NCBI GenBank assembly: GCA_030141605.1
Contig: JAQGDQ010000822.1
Coordinates: 27,575 to 91,574, forward strand
Length of the DNA stretch: 64,000 nt
DNA from: Tubiluchus corallicola
Taxonomy: Eukaryota > Animalia > Priapulida
Direction: 5' to 3'
Shown: positions 50,925 to 64,000 of the stretch, in pieces
Layout of the letters: each line of letters opens with the position of its first letter
Numbering within the stretch: position 1 is the first letter of the stretch
The notes under the pieces: model-generated
The model's input: only the letters and a program-made list of their open reading frames with translations
Told to the model about the DNA's origin: nothing
The model's database searches: none
Translations under genes and position numbers: made by a program

Positions 50925-51166
50925 AACTGGCTGTGACTATTGCTATGAACGTTGGTCTTTACTTCTTGCTGTGGTATCCGTATTTTATCAAAGGTCTTTT
51001 GTATTATACCGGGCTAAGCAGCATCACGGACATGAAACACATGATAGGTTTTCTCTTACTGGGAGAAATTAACAGCGTTACAAATGTATTTATTTACGCT
51101 TTTCGTTTGAAAGATTTCAGAAAAGGTATGAAAAGAATGCATCCCGCGAAGTTGTGTACTGCTTAA
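50925..51166 (+). pseudogene. 3' GPCR fragment (TM6 to stop)
   Basis: LAVTIAMNVGLYFLLWYPYFIKG...KLCTA*, lacking TM1-5; mirror of 26343-26590. Confidence 0.88.
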
Positions 51167-51699
51167 ATAATAAATAAATAGAGTTAATCAAATAGTTGTT
51201 TTTATCTAACTTGTAAAGCCATAAACTTAACTAAACTGCATATTTTCTTGATTGCAAAATGGTTTAATCAGCAACTTATAGACGTAAGCATTGTGCATTT
51301 CTTCCTACAAACGAAACTAGACTATATATTTCCACCAATTCACTCGCAATTTCAATTGACAATAATAAAATCTAGAACCAGGCTAATATTTCTCCCGCTA
51401 ACTAATGAAAAGTTGAGCATTTTTCATGACAGTGTTACAAAGGAGCTGTAGCTAAATATCCCGAACGTATGTGCTGCAGGGGTGTGTGAAACAACTTGCA
51501 CGCTCATTGGGCAGTCAACGAAAATGATTGTAGTAGTATTAGTATTATAAGCTTATTAAAAATAATATAATATATTACCATATTTTTGCATGACCAATTT
51601 AAATTCACTTGATTAATTAATTCATTTACCAGCGATATAAAGTTTATATTATCATTATGTTTGATTTAATTAACTTTTAAAAAGTAATTTTAACGTAAT

Positions 51700-53300
51700 T
51701 TAGTTTAAACATAATTTATTTAGGATTGGATCAGACAGTTTGAACAACATGATTTAGGATCCTCACCACAACTGACTTTATACACTATTTACAAAAACAT
51801 TTACAGTAAGAATAGACTACAACTACACAAGCTGACAAGTTTTACTACAAGAATACATTAGACATTAGTAACATTTACAGTAAGAATAGACTATAACTAC
51901 ACAAGCTGACAAGTTTTACTACAATATTACATTAGACATTTGTAACATTTACAGTAAGAATAGACTATAACTACACGAGCTGACAAGTTTTGCTACAAGA
52001 TTACATTAGACATTAGTAACATTTACAGTAAGAATAGGCTATAACTACACAAGCTGACAAGTTTTGCTACAAGAATACATTAGACATTAGTAACATTTAC
52101 AGTAAGAATAGACTATAACTACACAAGCTGACAAGTTTTGCTACAAGATTACATTAGACATTAGTAACATTTACAGTAAGAATAGGCTATAACTACACAA
52201 GCTGACAAGTTTTGCTACAAGAATACATTAGACATTAGTAACATTTACAGTAAGAATAGACTACAACTACACAAGCTGACAAGTTTTACTACAAGATTAC
52301 ATTAGACATTAGTAACATTTACAGTAAGAATAGGCTATAACTACACAAGCTGACAAGTTTTGCTACAAGAATACATTAGACATTAGTAACATTTACAGTA
52401 AGAATAGACTATAACTACACAAGCTGACAAGTTTTACTACAATATTACATTAGACATTTGTAACATTTACAGTAAGAATAGACTATAACTACACGAGCTG
52501 ACAAGTTTTGCTACAAGATTACATTAGACATTAGTAACATTTGCAGTAAGAATAGACTAAAACTACACAAGCTGACAAGTTTTACTACAAGATTACATTA
52601 GATATTAGTAACATTTACAGTAAGAATGGACTATAACTACACGAGCTGACAAGTTTTACTACAAGATTACATTAGATATTAGTAACATTTACAGTAAGAA
52701 TAGACTATAACTACACAAGCTGACAAGTTTTGCTGCAGGATTACATTAGACATTAGTAGAAAATGACTTTTAGAAAATATTAATGTACGAATATTTAAGA
52801 CTGATGCACTTCATATCAGATAGAAACTAATGGAAGCGTTTAGTACGTAATATAAAGTCATGTATACATTGGAATATTTTACAGTTAGCAACATAGTTAA
52901 ATTCATCTTTTCCGAATAATAACAACTTCAACAGATCATTATTTCCTAAGGCAGCTATATTAAGGTTATCAGGCAGAAGTATTTCGATAATATTTCGGTA
53001 AATGGTAATTTGAGTAGAGTTCTTAAATCAATTATAGAAATCACACTGAACGTTTTTGGCTAAGGGTTTTAGTCAAAAAAGTTTACTGTAACTGAACGAA
53101 TGACGCCATTTTCACATAAGTCGCTGACCTGGGCTTATCAGCAGTAAGGCAGCTATATTAAGGTTTTCGGGCAGAAGTATTTCGTTTAATTTATCAAACA
53201 TAACAACCCTAGCTAGTTGATGCAATGGGCAGTGCAACAAAAAGTGTTCAACAGACTCAAACCGAAATCCACAGTTACAATTCGGCAATATTGGATGACC
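51700..53300 (-). mobile_element. Family-C LINE 3' end with 74-bp array (~13 copies)
   Basis: Mirror of 24780-25810 with a longer array and a ~200-bp insertion at ~52988-53184. Confidence 0.85.
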
Positions 53301-53757
53301 GTTATTATCTTTACAGCCTTTAGAGAAAAGGTCATAGTTTAGCGTAATAACGTATAAAACTATAACGTAATTTTGTCATAGTTTTGCAGACATTGACTGA
53401 TTTAATTAACTCTTGACTAATTAACGAACGTTTACTTAATGTTAGCGCTAAGCTACTGTTCGAAACATGGCAATAAATATTGTTTCTTACAATTGACTTG
53501 ACTTCAAAAGCCCCTTGAAGTCAATTCTGACAGTCGTTTGTATTTAAAAGCCGTTTACATCTCATTACAAAGCGGCTGGTGTGCAGAGATAATGTCGTTG
53601 CCGTAAATTGAATTTTCCACCCGATTGGAGAGGCAATAGACCGTTGTCAGTGTAATAAACACCAGAATGTTTAATCCCCAGACTACAAATCAGTGTGAAT
53701 CATGTCTTAGAAGTGTCTCTGATTGGATCTCTCAAGTTATTCGTGGCTCCCCTGTTA

Positions 53758-54590
53758 TGGCGCGTGTAGACTAACGAGTTTTTTTCGCGAAGTATATCGC
53801 CAAGTAACTCGCGAGCGTGTTCACACTAGATAGTAACTCGCGAGCGTGTTCACACTAGACACTAACTCATGACCGTGTTCAGACTAGAGAGCAAAACTTG
53901 CAGCAACTTACTCTGTGAGAGTAAGCGTGAACTGGCACTTACTTCCCTATTCACTGTGAGAAATGTCGAGAGTAACTAGCCCAGGCGTTTACACTAGACA
54001 GTAACTCGAGAGCGTGTTCAGACTAGAGAGCAAAACTTGCTGCGAGTTACTCTCTGAGAGTAAGCGCGAGCTGGCACTCACTTCCCTATTCACTGTGAGA
54101 AAAGTCGGGAGTAACTCGCTCGGGCGTTTACACTAGACAGTAACTCGTGAGCGTGTTCAGACTAAAGAGCAAAACTTGCAGCGACTTACTCTCTGAGAGT
54201 AAGCATGAACTGGCACTTACTTCCCTATTCACTGTGAGAAATGTCGAGAGTAACTTGCCCAGGCGTTTACACTAGACAGTAACTCGTGAGCGTGTTCAGA
54301 CTAAAGAGCAAAACTTGCAGCGACTTACTGTCTGAGAGTAAGCATAAACTGGCACTTACTCCCTATTTACTGTGAGAAATGTCGAGAGTAACTCGCCCGG
54401 GCGTTCGTTCACACTAGACAGGAAATCAGCTCACAGCAACTGTTGGAGAGTTTGCAATAACTTGCCGACAGTAACTCGCAAAGCAGTTCGCACTGCGTGT
54501 TTGCTGACAGAGAGAAAACTCGCGATAGTGTGAACGCGCCGTTAAACAGTAGTGTGAACACGCCGTTAGACAGTAGTGTGAACACGCCGT
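53758..54590. mobile_element. Harbinger-like MITE, mirror copy
   Basis: TTA|TGGCGCGTGTAGACTA...TAGTGTGAACGCGCCG|TTA; 24-bp terminal unit x3; different numbers of internal repeats from the left copy. Confidence 0.65.
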
Positions 54591-56152
54591 TAGATGGTAG
54601 ACGTGAAACTTGTGTTGCGATGTGTTTCAATAAAAGGCCTATTTGTAACAAGTGTAAGAGGAAACCCAAAAAGTAAACTAACATCACTTTTATCACTAAC
54701 ATCACTTTCATGCTGTGCAGCTAATTTTAACCCGAAAACACGATGTGATTTTGGAGAAAATGGAACTGCGATTCAAATACTCTGGATGCGGAAAAATGCT
54801 AATTTGTTTTTAATGTTTTTTGTTTCCGGGCAAAGCCTCCTCAGCCTCCTCAGCCTCTTCATCCTGTGGGATAAAAAGCTTCAGAACTAATATAAATATG
54901 ATCGATTCTCAACACGCGTCGTGCTTTTATGTAAAGAGCATTAAGCTTCTTTCATAACCAGTCACTGATCAGGCCCATTCCTACTCAAGATCTGATTGTG
55001 CTTACTCAAATCCGACACTCAATTACAAACGCGAATCGAATAAGTGACCTATGCTGGCAGAAAAGCCAACTTGTTACAGGAGATAGGAAATTGGTTTCAC
55101 GAGATGAAGCCAAACAGGACAAAGCTACCCAAGTGATCAAAGGCTAACTATCCGGTTCAGATGGGACGCCGGAGCGACCAAACCCTCTCTTGTACCTACC
55201 CTCTCTTGTAGTGTTAAAATTACGTAGAAATTTTCCAAGTAAATACAATTATTTCAGATAACAGTTGTCATCATTATCATCATTATCCACCGTAATCAAC
55301 GTTATCGTCATCATCGTCGTCATCATCATCATTATTGTTATCGTGATCTTCATTATCACCTCTGTCACATTGTCATTATCATCAGTCGTCATCGTCATCA
55401 TCATTATCCACCACCGTTCACTACCCATTGTCATTGTCACTACCACAACCCAGAGATGACGTCAAGCATAACGTCAATCATTCTCGTTGACAGCCCAATC
55501 AGCGTGCAAGATTTTTCACACCCCTACAGAGCTTACTTAACGCTTTCGGGCTATTTAGATGCAGCTGGGTATCAATGAGACTTTCACGATCCAAATTAAT
55601 TTACAAAAGTGGTCAAAACTTATAATATACATCAATGTAATATTAATTAATGTTACGCTATTTTTCTGATTATAATCATGGTTAAAAGATACAATTGGGA
55701 CTTATGTAACTCGGGCATACAATATAAGGGTCGTCTATGGAATGAAACAGTCAAATTTATTCCATTTTCTTAACTTAACAAACGGAAAAATACAAAGACT
55801 TAATAAATCTTGCAGTCGAGCACATGATTAATTAATATAGAAAAAATAATCGCAGTCTTGATGTTCGTATGTTTAAAAGGCAAGAGAAACTTAATATTTT
55901 TGTTGCTCATTTATTTTAAAGCAAGGCTAAGTGGCTTAGTTTCTTTATTATACTTTCTGTATTTTGTAGTGCTGTGAAATTTCGTCTCTACATTCTGTTT
56001 AAATAGAAAAGTCATTTTTTAGCTACTTGAAGTGTTAATTTCGTGTTGAAATAGCTGCTGCTCTGCATATTTGTGTTTATGAAAAAGTGCAATCAGTTTA
56101 TTTGCTGATTAGACATTAATTGGCATGTTATTTACTAATGACAGTTGTTGTC

Positions 56153-56632
56153 CAGCGTGAGCTGAATGTCCCGAATACCGCTCAGCGTGAGCTGATGTCC
56201 CGAATACCGCTCAGCGTGAGCTGAATGTCCCGAATATCGCTCAGCGTGAGCTGATGTCCCGAATACCGCTCAGCGTGAGCTGAATGTCCCGAATATCGCT
56301 CAGCGTGAGCTGATGTCCCGAATACCGCTCAGCGTGAGCTGAATGTCCCGAATATCGCTCAGCGTGAGCTGAATGTCCCGAATATCGCTCAGCGTGAGCT
56401 GATGTCCCGAATACCGCTCAGCGTGAGCTGATGTCCCGAATACCGCTCAGCGTGAGCTGAATGTCCCGAATATCGCTCAGCGTGAGCTGATGTCCCGAAT
56501 ACCGCTCAGCGTGAGCTGATGTCCCGAATACCGCTCAGCGTGAGCCGATGTCCCGAATACCGTTCAGCGTTAGCCGATGTCCCGAATACCGCTCAGCGTG
56601 AGCTGATGTCCCGAATACTGCTATAGCGCTCA
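56153..56632. repeat. 29/30-bp minisatellite, ~16 copies
   Basis: Reverse complement of the 21727-21930 unit. Confidence 0.93.
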
Positions 56633-57800
56633 GCGTGCTTACGTCACAGCGGAGGAGGAGCGATAGACCAATGACGTCATCACCGCCACTGCCACCACCC
56701 CCGCGTGTCTAATCTTCATCAGTGTTTTATTATTATATCATCATCAATGAAATCATTTGCCAAAGGAGTCAAGAATCATTTTCCAAAGATTCTTGTGTAT
56801 AATGAACAATTAAGGTAATGGTAACCAACCGGTATTCGAACCCAGAACCTTGCTATTGCAGGTCGCATTTTCAGCCGCTAGAGTTTTCATTGCACGAAGC
56901 AGAGATGTTTCCAAACTTCGTCCTAGCAGTACGGAGTGAATCAGAGCCACCTGTCTAGACAGAGCGAAAATAATTATTAACATAATTAGCTTTTAGATTT
57001 TAGTTCTGGATTATCACATAGTCCAGATAATATACTTACATAACAAGTTGTATTGATTAGTTAGTTGAAATGTGGTACTATTTTTATGATCGTATTAAAC
57101 TTTGTATCCATTGTGCGTGTGCAAGTACGTATTTATCGTTTGTAGGCCGTATTCGCTACTGTTAAATTGTTCATTTACTAGAGACTGCACTGTTAATTAC
57201 GTGAAGGCAAATAACCAAATGAATGAATGAATGAATGAATGAATGAATGAATGAACGAATGAACGAATGAACGAATGAACGAATGAACGAATGAACGAAT
57301 GAACGAATGAACGAATGAATGAATGAATGAATGAATGAGTAAATGAATGAATGGATGGATGAATGAATGAACGAATGTATGAATGAATGAACGAATGAAT
57401 GGATGGATGGACGAATGAATGGATGAACGAATGAATGAATGAATGAATGAACGAATGAACGAATGAACGAATGAACGAATGAACGAATGAACGAATGAAT
57501 GAATGAATGAATGAATGAATGGATGGATGGATGGATGGATGGATGGATGGATGGATGGATGGATGGATGGATGGATGGATGGATGGATGGATGGTCGGAT
57601 GGATGGATGGATGGATGGGTGAATGAATGAATGAATAAATGAATGAATCAAATGGACTGAATGAGAATGAATGAATAAACGAATGAACAAATGAACGAAT
57701 GAACGAACGAATGAATGAATGAATAAATAAATTAATTAGTTAACAAATAAATAAATAGGACTAACGTTTTATATCTGTTTTTAGCGAGCATGATAACTAC

Positions 57801-58115
57801 TAACACAGTTACTAACACAATGTGTAACAACGCCCACGCTAAACTTAACACAGTTACTAACACAATGTGTAACACCGCCCACGCTAAACTTAACACAGTT
57901 ACTAACACAATGTGTAACACCGCCCACGCTAAACTTAACACAGTTACTAACACAATGTGTAACAACGCCCACGCTAAACTTAACACAGTTACTAACACAA
58001 TGTGTAACACCGCCCACGCTAAACTTAACACAGTTACTAACACAATGTGTAACACCGCCCACGCTAAACTTAACACAGTTACTAGCACAATGTGTAACAC
58101 CGCCCACGCTAAACT
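57801..58115. repeat. 45-bp minisatellite, 7 copies
   Basis: Reverse complement of the 20719-20853 unit. Confidence 0.93.
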
Positions 58116-58781
58116 GATGATCATACCTCCACTGATCATATCACTTTATGAATAATAGACACCACTAATGTATGGGCGGTTGTTTGAAACGAATGTTCTA
58201 GAATTTTGACTTTATTCTTGTTTATTTTCAAACTGCTGTCCAAGCAGCGGCGATGATTCACTTAGATGAGCATCGGATGCTTTGTTTTTGCGAAAGTCCT
58301 GAATGTTTTCAACTACCCGTGCATGGATACGCCACAACTTTGAAGACGCAATAATTCTTCCTGAAGCCCTCAATTGGAATCTTTGATTTACCGCAGCTTG
58401 TCCAACAGTATAAGACATCGGTGAGTGGCGGGGATGAGGATTATTCCACATAGAGGGATGCTAGTATTTAGCCAGCTGTTCAGCTTCCCACGCTAGGCTC
58501 CAACAGCAGATTGAAATCCGGGAAGTTCTTCCTATTGTGTCAAATGCAATTCCGGTGTCAACACACAAAACGCTATAGATTTTAAGAAGACTAGACGCAC
58601 GCTGAATGAACAGCAGCTCTTTTTAATTGAAATAGGAAATTTAGTAGAAATAATTCGCGAATTTACGTTAAAGTTGTTGAGTGATTCAGTATGAGTAGGG
58701 AAATGCTTGGCTTTCCGAACGTTGGGGAACAATTTTGGTCAAACAGCCTATAGATTTAGATTTAGATTTAGAGAGAGAGAG

Positions 58782-58903
<122 letters not shown>

Positions 58904-59982
58904 TTTAGATTTAGATTTAATATTTTATTTCAAGCTTCACAAAGTTCATATACACATCACAAATTAATACAAATAATACAATAAATCATGACACACAACA
59001 ATAACACAAATAACAATTAATGATATAACAAACTACGTCAATGACGTCTAATTACTGAAGTAAAGTTTACATCACTGTTTAAAATGTTGTTGCATATAAA
59101 ATTTTCACTCTTATTCAGCCTGACGTATAAACTGTATGCACATTTTCTGTGAATCACATCAAAATAAATAATATTAAGTCTAGTTGAAATATATCTGGCG
59201 CTCTTATCATATGAAAAGTTAAACAGCTTCCGTGTTGATACATTATATGCAACCTTGAGTTTGCTAAGATTGTAAGAATAAAAATGTCTCCTAGTGGACA
59301 TACAATAAAAAGTAGTGCAGTAAGCATTAAACAATTGTCTCTTCACGTTAACTGAACAGTGAGTAAATTTCGTGAGTAATTTATTTGCTCTGCCATAGTA
59401 TATTGAACATTGTCGTAATATATCTAAATCATCTCTATTGTCATCTGATAAAATATGACCCAGATATTTTTCCTTTTTACTAGGTACATAGAAAAAACGT
59501 TCTAGCGGCGCTTAGTGTGACTCTCGAAAGGAGATATATAGCTCTTTAGAAAGAGGAAGAACAGGGGTACACGATGATGTGGGCTATATTTTAGGACGCT
59601 TCCTTCCTGAGGAGCTGTGATGAGTTAATTAGATGTTCTATTTTTGACAATTTTCGCTTAGAAAACTGCTGACGCAAAGCGCCATTGTTCTGACGTCATC
59701 CAGAAAAAAATCAGAAAAAAACTTCGTTGGCCCTCGGGAAGGTATTATCCTTGCTGTAAAGTCAGTAAAAATTTTTATTGAGGGTTTAATCTCAAATTTA
59801 GGAACTAGTGCTGTTTCTGTTAAACACTAACAAGACCAAATTAGTTGGGTATATGTTGAGAATTTTCATGGCTAAATCCAGGATGAAACTTTCGTTGGAT
59901 CGTTTACTGTTTTTTGAAATAAGTGACTCCACGGGTCATGAAAAAACACACAGTCTGGTTTCATTCAACTACGGAAATGTAT

Positions 59983-60974
59983 GTAGAACGTTCCATTTAC
60001 CAGTAAATAACAGCCCTAGACACTACGTACACAATGTAGAACGTTCCATTTACCAGTAAATAACAGCCCTAGACGCTACGTACACAACGTAGAACGTTCC
60101 ATTTACCAGTAAATAACAGCCCTGGACGCTACGTACACAACGTAGAACGTTCCATTTACCAGTAAATAACAGCCCTAGACACTACGTACACAACGTAGAA
60201 CGTTCCATTTATCGGTAAATAACAGCCCTAGACGCTACGTACACAACGTAGAACGTTCCATTTACCAGTAAATAACAGCCCTAGACACTACGTACACAAT
60301 GTAGAACGTTCCATTTACCAGTAAATAACAGCCCTGGACGCTACGTACACAACGTAGAACGTTCCATTTACCAGTAAATAACAGCCCTAGACACTACGTA
60401 CACAACGTAGAACGTTCCATTTATCGGTAAATAACAGCCCTAGACGCTACGTACACAACGTAGAACGTTCCATTTACCAGTAAATAACAGCCCTGGACGC
60501 TACGTACACAACGTAGAACGTTCCATTTACCAGTAAATAACAGCCCTAGCCACTACGTACACAACGTAGAACGTTCCATTTATCGGTAAATAACAGCCCT
60601 AGACGCTACGTACACAACGTAGAACGTTCCATTTACCAGTAAATAACAGCCCTAGACGCTACGTACACAACGTAGAACGTTCCATTTACCAGTAAATAAC
60701 AGCCCTGGACGCTACGTACACAACGTAGAACGTTCCATTTACCAGTAAATAACAGCCCTAGACACTACGTACACAACGTAGAACGTTCCATTTACCAGTA
60801 AATAACAGCCCTAGACGCTACGTACACAACGTAGAACGTTCCATTTATCGGTAAATAACAGCCCTAGACGCTACGTACACAACGTAGAACGTTCCATTTA
60901 CCAGTAAATAACAGCCCTAGACACTACGTACACAACGTAGAACGTTCCATTTACCAGTAAATAACAGCCCTAGA
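59983..60974. repeat. 53-bp minisatellite, 18 full units plus one interrupted unit
   Basis: GTAGAACGTTCCATTTACCAGTAAATAACAGCCCTAGAC(A/G)CTACGTACACAAC. Confidence 0.95.
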
Positions 60975-61571
<597 letters not shown>

Positions 61572-61961
61572 GCCCTAGACACTACGTACACAACTACAAG
61601 AGAGAACATCAATATACTTGTAAATTAGATCACCTGTTAGCTCTTCATAGTGTGTAAAATAGCTTCTGACTTCTGATTTTGGTGATCATCAAAACGTTTG
61701 AACAGAAATTTATTTCAAAACTGCTGAACAATGTTGTGTTATAATCAGTTTATGTCTGTACAGTTTTATAGACCGAAAAATATTATCGATTCGGTTACCA
61801 ACTTTTACTAAGATTTTGCCTCTGGTATCTAAAATTGCTTTACAATATACAGTAAGTAATAAAGTACATTTTAAAGCAATTATAAGCTCTAGGTGGTGCA
61901 GAATTTCAATAATGCTTTAAATAATATTAAGATAATAATAATAATAATAATAATAATGATG

Positions 61962-61993
<32 letters not shown>

Positions 61994-62152
61994 GATGATG
62001 ATAATGATGATGATAGTAATAATAATAATAATAGTAATTATAATAATAATAAAAATAATGATAATAATAATGATGATGATGATGATGATGATAATAATAA
62101 TAATAATAATAATAACAACAACAACAACAATAATAATAATAATAACAACAAC

Positions 62153-63719
<1,567 letters not shown>

Positions 63720-63726
63720 TTACTAC

Positions 63727-63891
<165 letters not shown>

Positions 63892-63892
63892 G

Positions 63893-63986
<94 letters not shown>

Positions 63987-64000
63987 ATTATTATTATTAT

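Overview
AT-rich, repeat-laden genomic DNA from an animal, probably an invertebrate (spliceosomal exon, Tc1/hAT/Harbinger/Kolobok-like DNA elements, several LINE clades, many mini- and microsatellites). The left end holds the main coding exon of a KLF1/2/4-type zinc-finger gene. From about 16.1 kb to the window end the sequence is one giant inverted duplication (palindrome): left arm ~16.1-36.2 kb, right arm ~41.8-64.0 kb (still matching at the window edge), with a unique ~5.6 kb spacer. Each arm carries two intronless class-A GPCR genes plus a 3' GPCR fragment, all pointing away from the centre. The spacer carries a fifth, divergent GPCR, a CRE/octamer-rich stretch, a TGACGTGG array and a clean 234-bp glutamate decarboxylase (GAD) exon that the ORF track misses; I found no other GAD exon in the window. 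The inner ~5 kb of the arms is near-identical while the outer parts are diverged and the GPCR paralogs are mosaic, suggesting gene conversion. All comparisons were made by eye; repeat coordinates are approximate and a haplotype mis-join cannot be excluded.
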